Source: the human T2T-CHM13v2.0 reference genome, Homo sapiens. From it: a stretch of DNA of 64,000 nt. The first letter of the stretch is position 1. Each line of letters opens with the position of its first letter. The DNA is taken from NCBI RefSeq assembly GCF_009914755.1, contig NC_060927.1. One strand, written 5' to 3'. Of this stretch, positions 16,367 to 32,527 are shown piece by piece. Made by a program: the position numbers and the translations under genes. The notes under the pieces were generated by a model. It was not told where the DNA came from and did not search any database. It was given only the letters and a program-made list of their open reading frames with translations.

Positions 16367-16731
16367 TCTTTTTAGTAAATGTATTATAGGTTTCTGGATT
16401 GTGGTTACCATAAGACTTACAAAAAAAAGTCTTGTAGATATAAGATGTTATTTTAAATAGATTACAACTTACTGTATATTACAAAGAAAAGAGTAGAAAC
16501 CAATAAGGAAACAAATTTTTAAAACTCTATACATTAACTACCCACCCCCCCACATTTTGACTTTTTGTTGTCTAACTTACATATTTTTAGGTTGCCTATC
16601 CCTTAACAGGTTGCTGTACCTATTATTATTTTTGATAGGTTTGAGTTTTGGGTTTCATACTAGAGTTATGAGTGGATTGCACATGACAATTACAATATCA
16701 GAGTAGTCCGGGTTCATCTATGTATTTAATT

Positions 16732-17030
<299 letters not shown>

Positions 17031-18827
17031 TATGTATTTAATTTTACCAGTAGGCTTTGTACCTTCAGGTGTTTTCTTGTTGCACATAGGTGTTTTCTTT
17101 TTCTTTCATGTTGAAGAACTCTTTACTATTTCTTGTAAGATGGGTCTGATGGTTGTGGATTCTGTCAGTATTTGTTACTCTGAGAAAGATTTTATCTCTG
17201 CTTCATATTTGAAGAATGGCTTTGCTGGATACAGTATGCTTAGATAGCAGTTGTTTTCTTTCAGCACTTTGAAAATGTTGTTCTACCACCCATTCCCTCA
17301 GCTTGTTTGGTTTCTATTGAAAAGTCTGTTGCCAAACAAATTGGAGCTCCTTTAGATGTTATGTGCTTCTTTTCTTTGGCTGCTTTTAGGATCTTCTCTT
17401 TGTTCTTGACCTTTGAAAATTTGATTACTGTATGCCTTGGGGATAGTCTTATTTGAGTCAGCTATGTTTGGTGTTCCTGTACCTGGATATTTATCTCTTT
17501 CTCAAATTTTGGAAGGTTTTCTGTGTTTCGTTTTTTTTTAAATAAGTTTTCTACTTCTTGCTCTTGCTGAACTCCCCCTCAAACAATATTAATTGTTAGA
17601 TATCTTCAAGCTCACTGATTCTTTCGTCTACTTGATCCATTCTGTTGTTGACAACATTTGATAAATCTTTTGCAGCAAATATATTTTTCTCAGTTTTAAG
17701 ATTTTTATTTGATTTTTTTCATTATTTCGATCTCTTTGCTAAAGTTCTTGGATAAATTTCTTAATTGCTTTTCTGTGCTATCTTGGAGATCACTGAGCTT
17801 CCTTAGAACTGTTATTTTGAATTCTTGGTCAAAAAGTTTACAAATTGCCCTCTTGTTAGGGTCAGTCATTGTTTCCTTGCTTTGTTCACTTGGGGAGGTC
17901 ACATTTCCCTCTTTGCTATTGTTTCTCGTGGTTGTGCATCTGCGTCTTTGCACTGAAGAATTAGTTATTTATTCTAGTCTTCTCTGTCTGGCTTGTTTTG
18001 GTTTTTGTCGGGTATATTTGCTTAGAGATTCTTTGTAATTTACCTACTGATTTTCTTTTCTTTTCTTTTCTTTCATTCTTTCTTTTTCTAGGTCATGGCC
18101 TCCTTTTGGAATTGGATATTGAATGGTGTCTAAAGCCCAGGTTTACCTTGGTTCTAGTAGACTGTCTGAGTGCCACCAATTCCCAGTGGAGGAGGTCCCA
18201 AAGGAAAAATCCCAGTAGTATGGGATGACTGGCTATGGTTTTGTGCCCAGGAAACCTATAGAATGAACCTTGTACGGAGGGATGCTGCTGAGCAATCACT
18301 CTGATTTGGCACCTCATTTAGCCAAGTTACAGGACAGAGTTTTCAGGGCTGGGGGTGGTAGTCCCACCTCCTCACTTATCTCTATCTGACCTTAGGGATA
18401 TTTCTCCCTTTGGGAACTTTCTATGCCTCCTGTGGGTTGAGGTAGGGACAGGTCTCCTGCCAGGGATCTCAAGATCTCAGGATGGTAGGGAAGTTTGTTG
18501 TCCACCTAGATCTGACTTTTTCCAGGGTGGAAACCATGAGTCAGGGGAATATTTTTCATGTGCTTGGTGCTGGTTAGATTGGGGGAAGGGATGTCATGGA
18601 TATGGAAATCGGATTCTCTTACCGTCTTCTCAGAGTTTTTTTTTTTTTTTAACTTCTCTGTGGCCTTGGAAACTGATTTACTCTATATTTGAGCTTTGGG
18701 AAGTTGCTGGCTATAATTTCAGTGCTGTATATTTGTTTTGGGGTTTCTGTGAAAGAGAGTGAAGCCAGCATGCTACTACTATATCACCATTCTGGAACTG
18801 GAAGTCTATGAACAGTAGTTTGTTTAA

Positions 18828-19150
<323 letters not shown>

Positions 19151-19439
19151 AGTTATTATCTTCTAAATGAGTCACAAAGAGTCTTTCATGAAGGCACATA
19201 AGTAGTAATTGGCAGAGCTGAGATTTTAATCCAGGCAGTTTGAATCCGAGTTAACACAATTAATCAAGTAAAAAAGGAACAAATACAATTAAAGAAATTA
19301 AGAAATTATAAAGAAAAAATGATTACAGGTCCATAAGTAATAAATACAGTCATAAGGATGCCTTTACTTGGAAAAGTAAATGTTATTAATACAAGCTGGA
19401 TAAAAATAGTTGTTTTCTTGGAAGAGGTAACTTATCAGA

Positions 19440-20640
19440 ATTGACCCTAGAACATGAAGAAAATATAAATAGACCAATTATAAAACACCAGATTTGTCAT
19501 GCTAAAAGTACCGGGTCCAGATAGTTTTACAGAATTTCCCAGATCTCTAACAAATGAATTATTCAAATGCAGTTTCAACTGTTGTAGCGCCTGGATTAAA
19601 AAGCTTCCCAATTATTTACAAAAAGCATTACAATATTGACACAAAAACTTGACAAAAATTTCATTAAAAGTATTGGAGACAGAGTTCAGTATGAACTCAA
19701 AATCCTAAATAAAATATTGGCAAACAATTCTATTGCACATGAAAAAATAATGCACCATGACCAAATGGGATTATTCCAAGAATAGGAGGTGAAATCAATA
19801 TTGTGAAATCATATTAATAGATTAATGAAAAAAATTATATAGTCCTCCTCACAGACCCAGAAAATGTATTTGTCAAAAGTCAAAATTCATTCTTGATGTT
19901 TAAAAATTCAAGAAAAAAATCAACAAGCATCGGAGGAAAAAGGGCTAAAACTGAATATAAATAAAAACAGGTGACTATAACTGTATTTCTAATAAATAGA
20001 ATAACCACACAGAAGGGATCAGAAGTACTAATCCAAATAAATTTTAAGCACTGTATTGTAACTATAGACCCTGAGTCAGTAGGGAAAAATGTAAATAAAT
20101 CTTGACCCTTCTTAGAACGTTTGTTGAAATGGTGCAAGTATATCAATTCCAAAAGTATTTTGTGTGCTGTATGATTGAACCTATTGGTAAATATATTAAT
20201 ATTGCTAGAAACCAGGATTGTCACTATGGAAGAAAGGAGACAAATATGAAAAGGAAGAAGTTAAATGAGAAGGCAGTGGTTCATGGCAATTAAAGGTACC
20301 ATATTTGGTTCACAGTTATCTTCACTAAGAAACAGACTCCTCAGAGGAATGGCTACTTGTAAAACTGGGGCAGTTAAGATATAAGATGAGCTTAGAACAT
20401 CTTGTGTTAGAAAGTAAGGAAGTGTTCCCCTCCAAAAATGATGGGGATCTGTCAAAAAGACACAAGGAACAGCTTGAAGAGGCTCCCATCAGCCAAATCT
20501 GGAAAAAATTTAGCATCAAAATAATGAGTCATAAATTTAGTGAACAAAACAAGAATACATGAGTACATATTGATAATGGATGGATATATGAATGGATAAA
20601 GAGGGAGGGGGGAAATTTCCTCATAGTACAATGACAAGTG
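19440..20640 (+). mobile_element. Ancient L1 remnants (ORF2 RT-start region, then L1MC-type 3' region)
   Basis: Decayed 'ccgggtccagatagttttac...aaaatcctaaataaaatattggcaaac...catgaccaaatgggattattccaag' corresponds to PGPDGF...KILNKILAN...HDQVGFIP. Confidence 0.6.
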
Positions 20641-22183
20641 AAAATTAACATTTGACTGAAGGGAGGAGCTTGAAGATAGCTGACTAGAGGGGACTTGTAC
20701 TCACCTTCTCCACAAAGAAACAAAATAGTGAGTAGATAACCACACTTTGTATAGATCATTTTAAAAAAATTGCTAGAATCCAACAGATAAGTGACAGGAA
20801 GCATCTAAAGCAGCAAACAGGAGGGAAGTGAGGCAGCCTGCCTAACCAGGATTGGCTGAGAGCCCAGAGAGGCTACTCAATATGAGGAAAGAGTAAATGA
20901 GAGATCCCCATGTCCTCGCTGCAGACTCCTGCAATCCTAGCCACAGGAAAGCCCTTTGATCATCATGGGTCCTGAAATTGATATAGGGAGCTGCCTGGAG
21001 ATCTACAACAGCACTGCTCTCGAGAAGAAACTCATGCTTCTCATACAACACTGAGCTTTAGGCAGCTACAGCAAGGTGCCATTTTGAGAGCCCAGGCCTG
21101 AACAAACTGCACCCTGCCCTGGGGTCCAACAAAGCCTGCATCTCCATATTCCTGGAGCCCCACCGACATCCTCTACCTGCAGCCACTGTCACAGATGGCT
21201 GCTGCTGCCAGGGCCATGGTGTGGGCAACCAGCAGTGACTCTATTGCCACCAGCAGCCAAGCTGCCACACATTTTTATGTGCCCAGACTGAATGGAACAC
21301 ATAAAGAAACCAAATGTTTGACTTTTGGAATCCCAAAAGGTCAAGAGTAGATGAAAGTGTTAGAAAAACCTATATAATGAGAAAATAGTTGAAAATGTAC
21401 CAAGTCTAGCAAGAGATTTAGACATCCAGATACAGGAAGCTCAACGATATCCAAATAGGTGCAATTCAAAAAGGTGTTCTCCATGGCACTTCATAGTCAA
21501 ACTATCAAAAGTAAAAGCGATAATCCTAGAATTAGCAAGAGAAAAATATTTATTTACTTATAAAGGAACTCATACCAGACTAACAGCAGATCTCAGTAGA
21601 AACCTTATAGGCCAGAAGAGAATGAAATGATATATTCAAAATGATGAAAGAAAAAAAACCTGTCAGCCGAGAAACTTACACTCAGCAAAGTTATTATTCA
21701 TAAATGAAGGAGAAATAAAGTCTTTCCTAGACAAGCAACAGATGAGGGAATTTATCACCATTAGACTGGTCATAGAAGAAATGCTTAAGCGGTTTCTACA
21801 CCTGGAAGTGAAAAGATGATATTACCACCATGAAAACACATGAAAGGATACAGTCAGCTGGTGGAACAATCATACAAATAAGGAAGAGAAAGAATTCAAA
21901 TTTACTCATATAGGAAACCACCAAACCACAATGATAAACCATTAAGACAGAAAGAAAAGGACAAAGGATATATGAAACAACCAAATTGTCAATTGGTAAA
22001 ATGACAGGAGTAGGTCATCATATATCAATAACTTTGAATGTAAATGGATTAAACTTTCTACTTAAAAGGTATAGAGTGGCTGAATGGCAGGACAAATGAA
22101 AACAAAAACAAGACCAAACCCATGACCCAACTATATGCTGCCTACAAGAAACCCATCTTACCTATAAAGACACATATAGACTA

Positions 22184-23759
<1,576 letters not shown>

Positions 23760-24704
23760 TCACAATGAGATATCACCTCACCCCAGTTAAAATGGTTTTT
23801 ATAAAAAAACAGGGAATAAGAAATGTTGTTGAGTATTTGAATAATGGGGACCCTCATACACAGTTTTTCTGAATATATATTGATGCAGCCACTATGGAAA
23901 ACTGTATGGAGGTTTCTCAAAAAACTAAGAACTACTATATGATCCAGCAGTTCCACTACTGGGTATATATCCAAAAGAAAGGAAATAAATATATTGGAGA
24001 TATTTGCACTCCTATGTTTATTGCAGCACTATTCATAATAGCCAAAATATGGAGTAAAAATAAAATTAAAATAATTAATATTCACAAAGCATCTATAGCA
24101 GTGCTCATCAATGGAGGAATGGATGAAGACAATGTAGTATGTATACAGAGGGGAATATTATTCAGCCATAAAAATAATGAAATCCTATCATTTGTAGCAA
24201 TATGGAATGGGACTATGGATGGTTATTACGTTAAGTGAAGTAAGCCAGACAGAGAAAAACAAATATCACATCTTCTAACTCATATGTGGGACTTTTAAAA
24301 AGTGATTCTTTTATGATAGAGAGTAGATTGGCAGTTACTAGAGGCTGGGAAGGGTGTAGAGAAGGAGGGGATGAAGAGAGGTTGAGTAATGGGTATGTAT
24401 GTACATAGTTTGATAGAAGAAATCAGACCTAGTGTTTGACAGATCAGTATGGTGACTATAGCTTACAATAATCGATCATATATTTCAAAGTAGCTAGAAG
24501 AGAATAATTTGAATGTTTAAAGCATAAAGACAAATATTTAACATAATGGATATTACAATTACACTGATTTGATCTTTACAAATTATATCCATTTTTAAAT
24601 TATCACATGTATCCCCTAAATATTTACATCTATTATGTATCAATAACAGATAAAATTAAAAAATTAATATTCATGAAACATCTATTGCAGTGCCTGATAC
24701 ATAA

Positions 24705-25072
<368 letters not shown>

Positions 25073-26419
25073 TTCTATGTTTCAGTTAATTTTAACTTCT
25101 TGAGTTTGATGCTTCATTATTTATTTTTATTCTTGCTTATTTATTAAGATAAATATTTAAGGTTGTGAATTTTCCTCTGAGCACTGCTTATGTTGTCTCT
25201 TGAAAGTTCTTACATGTATCCTCATGGGAGTAGGGGTTTTTATTTTCTGATCATGTCATTAATTTCTAGTTTAAATGCATTGTGGCAGATTGTATTTTGT
25301 TTTATTGTTAGATTTTGGCACTTAAAAAATATTTTTAGGCCCAACATTTGTTCAGTTTTTGAGAATCGACAAGGATGTGTGAAAAGAAGGAATATTATCT
25401 ATTTTCAGATATGTTGTTTGATATATATTAATTAGATTTTCTTCATTATGTTTTTAATGTCTTTTATATTCTTAATTAGTTTTCGTGATCTATCATGAAA
25501 ACAAAGTGTAAAAATGAATAAAATCTTCAGCTTCTAATGTGTTTCTGTTTCTCTTGAAGGTTTTATTTTATTAACATTGATAGTGTATTTTTCGATGCAT
25601 AGATATTTGTACTGGTTAAATCATCATTGTGAACTATACTTTTCTACATTGTGAAGGAGGCTTCTTTTTTAAATTTAATACTTTTGCTGTGAATTAAAGT
25701 TGGTTGTACAATACATTGATATCTTGTTTTTTGTTTTTTTTCCACTTGGTATACCATTGCTTATTTTATTTTTTAGCATTTTTGAATTATTTTGATTTGA
25801 GGTGACTCTTACATATAAAATAAGAGTTGCATTTGGGTTTAGGATCCAATCTGAACGTCTTTTTGTTTTAAATAGGTGAGTTTAGCCTGTTTACTTAGGT
25901 TGCTAACAATAGATTTGGACCTAGTTCTGACATGTTATGTTAAAAAAATTTCACTATGTGATCTGCTTATTTTTCTTTATTCATTGGAGTATTTTAAGAA
26001 TTAAAAAAGTTTGTAATTTTGTTCTGGTTATAGTTATTATTTTATATAATAGTTTTAGTCATCTATTTCTGTAGATAGTATCTATTCATTTTCCACTATG
26101 AGCAATGATGAAATTATTCTTTTTTCCTCCCCACATCCTCTTCTTCCTCTCCTATTATATAGGTGTGATTTCTAGCAGGTTGTATTGTCATAATTGACAT
26201 TTATCTTAGTGCTTTTAGATATATTTATAACTTTATTTATTGATTTGTTTACTTTAACTGCTTTTTTTCACCAGCTATTAAAGAAAAGGAAATTAATGTA
26301 CTTCTACTACTGGCCATTTTTTTTACCCCTCTTCTTCCCAACTTTAGTTGAAAAATTTTAAATTATAATCTGACATCTGTTTTGATTTTACTTTTACATA
26401 TATAAGTAATTTTTTGATA

Positions 26420-26912
26420 TTAGTTGACTTAATTAATTTTTTAGGAACATTATAGGTTTATAGAATGATTATGCAGATAGTACAGAGTTCCTGTGTCTAC
26501 CCTCCCTTCAGAGTTTCCCCTGTTACGAACATCTTGCTTTAATGTGGTACACTTGTTACAATTGATGAACCATTATTGATAGATTATTAACTGAAGTTTA
26601 TTTTTTACATTAGGGTTCACTCTTTGTTGTGCAGTTCTATGGGTTTTGACAAATGCACAATGTCATATATTTACCATTACAGTATTGTTTGGAATAGTTT
26701 CATTGCTCTAAAAATCCACTGTGCTCCAACTGTTCATCTCTCTCTCCTTTCCCTTCCCCTTGGCAACAATTGATATTTTTACTGTTTTTATAGTGTGCCT
26801 TTTCCAGAGTGTCACTTATTTGGAATCATACAGTATGTAGCCTCCTCAGACTGGCTTCTTTTACTTAGCAATATGCATTTAGGTTTCCTCCATGTCTTTT
26901 CACGGCTTGATA
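26420..26912 (-). mobile_element. L1MA/L1MB 3' end (left part of the host of the RPL7L1 retrocopy)
   Basis: 'agatagtacagagttcc...ttagggttcactctttgttgtgcagttctatgggttttgacaaatgc...ggcttgatag'. Confidence 0.8.
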
Positions 26913-26913
26913 G

Positions 26914-29555
26914 ATTTTTTAAAATGATAACCTCTTTTATTTATATAGAATTATAAATTACAAACTATTATTTTGCTTAATCCATTTAACCACCAAGTAA
27001 GGCAGACAGACTAGAGGATATTAGCTCCATTTTACAGGCGAGAGTGGAAACATTGTTCTCATATTTAGTATAAGACAAGCTGGGATATGATCATGCCCCT
27101 GCACTCTGGCCTAGGCAATGGAGTGAGACCTTGTCTCTTAAAAAACCAAGACAGTGCTGTGATGTAAGCCCTGGGTTTCCACACTCACAACTGCTTCCCC
27201 CCAATCCCATGACTTTGTGATACATCATTTGAAAGTAATCTGATTTCATAGTGTTTTACAGTATAAGAGTAACATCTATTCCTGGCAGTTTAACTCTGGA
27301 GACAACCAACCTAATTACCTCATAACCTGGCACATTTTAAGGCATTGTTATACCTCTAACTTAATTTCACAGCTATATTTGAGGGCTCCATGAATCAAAA
27401 TTGCAGCAAGCTGATCTGAAAGGACCAGGAAACACAATGGTCAAGCATATTTTCAAGTTTAATCTAGATTTGGCACATCCTCACCAGTTGCTCTGATGGC
27501 AAGCAGAGGCAACTAAGTGAATGGAATAGAGGGCAGGTCCATTTAATAGAGGTGGATATTGGTCAAAAAAATACAAGCAGTTTCAGACCCCTTTTTCAGG
27601 ATTAAAATCCCTGGAAGCTCTGTTGCTGGACTACTACATCATTACCAGCAAGACAGAGGGCAATGCTTCTGGAGTCCAGAATATGCAAGGAGAAGGTCAA
27701 TTAAGCTGCCTGCCTGGGGCCTAGGAAGCCAAATAAAGCTAATTTCATCTATGCAAACCAAGAAAATGATTCATTCCATCCAGATCTGTGTTTTAAGGAG
27801 AAGTATAATCATCAGGGAAACCAAAATTCCATCCTGAAGCCCAGGGGGAATAATGGTGGGCATTTCCCAGTATCATAGATGGTGCAGAGGGCAACACAAC
27901 ATGCCACTGTGAAGGGAAAAAGCTATCTTGGTAACCAGATGCTAGCAACATCAAAGCCTGGGTGACCAATCCTGATAAGAGCAGGACTCCCTTATATAAG
28001 GTCCCTGAGGAGAAGGGGTTATGAATATCCTAAAACTGCAAGCAACATTTTGAGTATATGCATGTTTTCCTGGTGAAGGGACCCTTCATTCTCAAATCCT
28101 GAGCCAGCAAAAAGGACTAAGCCAGTTGCAGGCTAGGATTAAAAAGCCACCATATAGACTTAGAGCCAGGCAAGTCTGAGAGCTCTCAAAGCCATGACTG
28201 AAAAGTTGGAACTTGGACTCACAGCAGAGAGAAGTGAACACTTGCTTTTGTGCTTGTCTTCCTAATTGTATTTCAAGTCTTTTCAAAATAAGGCCCTAGG
28301 ACTTCCCAGTTGTAAGTATGCCCCTGGGCTTGGTCCACTGCTGCAGGAGTTTTAGGGGTCCTTGTAGAAAGGGGTCCTTGAGTTATTTATTCACCAACAT
28401 TAAACCCTAGGGTAGAAGATGAGGCAAAGCAAGACTCCTTCCTTCATGGCATGTGCTGATTTCAGAGGAGGCAACAGCCAACTTGGAAAACACTGAAAAT
28501 TTTCCTTGGAACTGAACTGTGATGAGAGGTGACTGCCATGCACACAACCTACTATCTTTTGTCTAGCCCTTCCCTTCCAGTTTTTGAAGACAGAGCAGAA
28601 AATAATCTCTCAAGATACTTGATAATTTCAAAAAACAAAAACATGTGCTTCCAATGCACTGTGTTTTCAGAAATTCTGTGTCTATTTCAGTTGGAGGATG
28701 AGCTGATTGATGTGTTCACCCTGATAGCCAGGTGAGCCCATATCCTTGAAGAAGTCCATTCTATTATTGGTAGCATGATGGGCCATTGAGAGGTAGAAGG
28801 GGCACAAGAACCATGAGATCTCTTGGAAATTCTTCCCAGGGAAGGCCATTTCATGACGGAGGTCTTCCAAGCAAATGACACCAAACCTCCCCAGGTGCTC
28901 CTTAGTCACTGTGTTGTCTGATGGAGGGATGGTCTTATTCTTAACCTTGGCTTGCACACGTTTCAAAATGAGTTCCTGGACAGACTTCAGATTTGGAAAT
29001 CCCCAGGTCACATAAGTTTCCACTTTTAGGCTCTGGGGGATGACTTTGACAGACACCACAGAAAATCTTCAGAACTCTTGCAGTGTTCCTCTGCACCAGT
29101 GAACTCACCCCATTAATCCTTTGGATGTATACAACAGAGGCCAAGAAAAGTTTATCTGGCAATTCTAAGGCATGAGGCTTCACTTCTAGTCATAGGAGAT
29201 GCACCCTGCCACATTTCTGCTGCTAGGAATCATGTAGGACGAATTCCAGTCGCTTAAACCTGAGCCTTCTTCCTTTCCTCTGCTCATTCTTTACCAGAAG
29301 TGCCTACTTTGCCTGGATGGCTTTGAGGGCTTGAAAAGTCTTCATCTTTTTCAGGAGATATTCTGGAATCAAAGGGAATTTTTTTCTTTGCTCTTGCTCT
29401 GCCATCTTTCTAGGCTGCAGCCACTGATCACGCATATCACCTGATCCTGCACATGCATGCCCTGTAGGAGACAGAGTGGTCTGCCGGCAGGGACAGCAAG
29501 AGACTAGCTATATGAGACCAACTGAGGCTCCATGACACTGCCATATCATTCCAGA
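26914..29555 (-). pseudogene. RPL7L1: Processed pseudogene of ribosomal protein L7-like 1 (CDS remnant 29405->28682, ~1.75 kb 3'UTR, probable 5' leader)
   Basis: The minus strand reads [20 protein letters not shown]...[10 protein letters not shown]...[29 protein letters not shown]...[10 protein letters not shown]. It is intronless, with in-frame stops (e.g. TAG at 29306-29304) and frameshifts. AATAAA(-) at ~26936-26941 precedes a short polyA remnant at ~26914-26920. Confidence 0.95.
27078..27145 (+). mobile_element. Alu 3' fragment inside the pseudogene 3'UTR
   Basis: gatcatgcccctgcactctggcctaggcaatggagtgagaccttgtctcttaaaaaa. Confidence 0.7.
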
Positions 29556-29559
29556 TCAA

Positions 29560-31085
29560 TTTTTTTTATTTGTAGATGTCTGGTTATTGCACCACTATCT
29601 GCTGAAAAGACTGTCCTTTCTCCATTGAATTCCTCTTGTTTCTTTGTTTCTTTGTCAAAGATGAGTTGAATATATTTATGTGGGTTTATTTCTGGGCTCT
29701 CCTTTCTGTTCCATTGATTCATGTGTCTGTTCTTTTACCAATGCCGCACTGTTTTGATTGCTGTAGCTGCATAGTAAGTCCTTGAAGTTAGTGTTACTCC
29801 TTGGACTTTGTTTTTCTTCCACATTGTGTTGGCTATTCTGGGTCTTTTGCCTTTGCATATAAACCTTAAAATCATTTTGTTGATATTCATAGAATAACCT
29901 GCTGGGATTTTGATTGGGATTGTGTTGAAACTATAGATCAGGTTGGGAAGAACTGACACCTTGATAATGGTGTCTTTCTATCCATGAACATGGAATACCT
30001 ATTTATTTTTAAAAGATCTTCTTCAATTTCTTTCATCAGAGTTTTGTAGTTTTCCTCATAGATCTTGTACATATTTTGTTAGGCTTCTACCTAAATATTT
30101 CATTTTTTATGCTAATGTAAAGAGTATCATGTTTTTAATTTCAAATTCCAGTTGTTCATTGCTGATATATAGGAAAGCTATGGACTTTTAAAAAATATTA
30201 ACCTTATATCCTTCAACTTTGCTATAGTTGCTTCAGATTCCACTAGTGTCTTTCCTGTTTTTGAGTTTCCCTAGAAATTCCTTCTTAAGTAGAATCTGAG
30301 CTTTGCAGTTCTTTCAGCTGTAATCTCCTGTTATTAGATAGGAACCCTGTTGATGTTATAGATGGTAGAATTATATGGGGAGGGGACATATTCAATACTC
30401 CTATGGTTAGGTCTCAGTCTTTTAATGGGTGTGAGCGCCTGGTCTCTGACATTCACAAGTGTGCCTCAGATATTGTATTCCTTCCTTAGGTGAGACAGGA
30501 AGACTAGAGAGGACTGGAGTTGGGTATTTTCCTTCCCGCATGCTGGTTAGGCTCTGGTTATATCGTTTCCTCTGAGGGCAGGCTGCTGTCACTGGAGAAC
30601 AGAGAAGAACAATCCTGGGAGTATTTCTAAAAGGCTACTTTACCCCTGGGCATATTTCAGATCGTTAGCCCCCTACCCCCACCCCCTGCCATGAGCATGA
30701 GAGGATTTTCATTAGATTTTCACCCAGGTGGGGCTTCTTTAAATAGAACTCAGGGAAGTGTGGTCCTCTCCAAAGCTGAACCCCCGACCCTGGGAGTATT
30801 TAACCCCCAAGGTAGTCCACACTCAGCTTCTGGCAATCTGTCAATTCCCATTTAAGTGTTCCTATCAATTCCTGGCTCTAGTAGCTTCTGCTTTTGGTAA
30901 GCTGTGATTCTCTGTATTCACTTGTTTCTCCAGTTTTTCAGGTAGCAGTTTGCCCTGTGACCTCAATTCTCTGATGGGTCTAAGAAGGTTGTTGATTTTT
31001 AGTTTGTTCAGCATTTTTTGTTGTTGTTGTGAGGATGGAAGTGACAGCTTCCAAGCACTAAACATCAAAGCTGAAACCAGAAGTC
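29560..31085 (-). mobile_element. L1M fragment: ORF2 3' region (29560-30235) joined to 5'UTR/5' end (30240-31085)
   Basis: ORF 29735..29959 (SVLPNLIYSFNTIPIKIP...YYAATAIKTVRHW) is ORF2p. L1M 5' terminus-like 'gaaaccagaagtc' lies at ~31073-31085. Confidence 0.8.
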
Positions 31086-31386
31086 CCTTATGAATTTTTA
31101 TAATGTGAACATACTCATGTAAGCAGCCTCCAGAATAAGAACCATGACATTACCAGCAACACCCCAAATCCCCTTTACAGATGCTAACTCCTCCTTAAAG
31201 ATAATCAGTATACTGACTTTTATCACCATAATTAGTTTTGCCTATTTTTGAATTTTTTATAAATGAAATCATTCAGTATGTATTTTCTTTTTATGTCTGG
31301 CTTATTTGGCTCAGCATATGTTTAGGAGTCATCCACATTGTTGGGTGAAGTAGTAGTTAATATATTTTCATTGCTGACTAGTATTA

Positions 31387-31969
31387 TAATAGTCCTCCCT
31401 TAACTGTGGTTTTGCTTTCTGCAGTTTCAGTTACCAGGGTCAACTGTGGTTCAAAAATATTAAGTGGAAAATGCCTGAAATAAACAATGCTTAAGTTTTA
31501 AATTGCATGCAGTTCTGATTAGCATGGTGAAATCTCACACTATCTGCTTTGGCCTGCCTGGGACATGAATCCTCCCTTTCTCCAGCATATCCATGCTATA
31601 TATACTACCTTCTCATTACTTACTTAGTAACTCTCTAGGTTAGCAGGTTGTCAGATAGACTGTTACAGTATCACAGTGCTTGTGTTCAAGTAACCCTTAT
31701 TTTACTTAATAATAGCAAGAATAGTGATGCTGGTAATTCAGACATGCCAAAGAGAAGCTGAAAGTACTTCCATTAAGTGAAAGATGCAATTTCTCAACTT
31801 AATAAGGAAAGAAAAAATTGTCTGCTGAGGTTGCCAAGATCTACAGTAAGAACGAATCTTCTATCTGTGAAATTGAGAAGGAAAAAGAAATTCATGCATA
31901 GTATATTTAGGATTCAGTAGTATCCACAGTTTTAGGCATCTACTAGGTGTGGACATGGAGGGACTATTG
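31387..31969. mobile_element. MER44 (Tigger7-derived, TcMar-Tigger) DNA transposon fossil
   Basis: Terminal inverted repeats taatagtcctccc...ggagggactattg. Internal ggttttgctttctgcagtttcagttacc...aaaatattaagtggaaaat is typical of MER44. Confidence 0.8.
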
Positions 31970-32418
31970 TCACTGTAACTCTGTATCACAATTCAGTTTT
32001 TTATTCTTTTGTTGGTAGACATTTTCATTTTACTTTTTGAGCTATTACAAGTAATGCTGTTACACATTTCTTTGTACATGTCTTTTGAGGCACATTTGTA
32101 AGCCTTTCTGTTGGGTGTATACCCAGGAGTGCAATTGTTGGGTTGTAGAATGTGTGATGTTCAGCTTTTGTAGATACTGCCAAGCAGTTTTCCAAAGTAG
32201 TTGTACCAATTTATATTTTCACTAACAGGGTGTAAGAATTCTAATTGCTTCACATTGTCACTGATGCATGGTATTGTTTATCCTTTACATTTTAGCCATT
32301 ATGGTCCATGGGTGGGTAAGTAGTAGTAACTAATTGCGTTTTAATTTATGTAACTCTGATGACTAATGAAACAGCACACCCTTACATGTGTTTAATTTCA
32401 GGAACTCTTATGAAGTGC

Positions 32419-32527
32419 CAGGAGGCTGAGGCCTTGGGAGGATTGCTTAAGGCCAGGAGTTTGAAACCAGCCTGGGCTACATGGTGAGACCCTGTCTCAA
32501 AAAAAAATCGTTATATACTATTTATAT
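32419..32527 (+). mobile_element. FLAM/Alu monomer fragment
   Basis: ggaggctgagg...gaggattgcttaaggccaggagtttgaaaccagcctggg...gagaccctgtctc(A)9. Confidence 0.8.

Noticed and set aside
28682-29183. RPL7L1-like ORFs as a functional retrogene
   Set aside because: Several in-frame stops lie upstream and frameshifts separate the ORF pieces, so it is a pseudogene.
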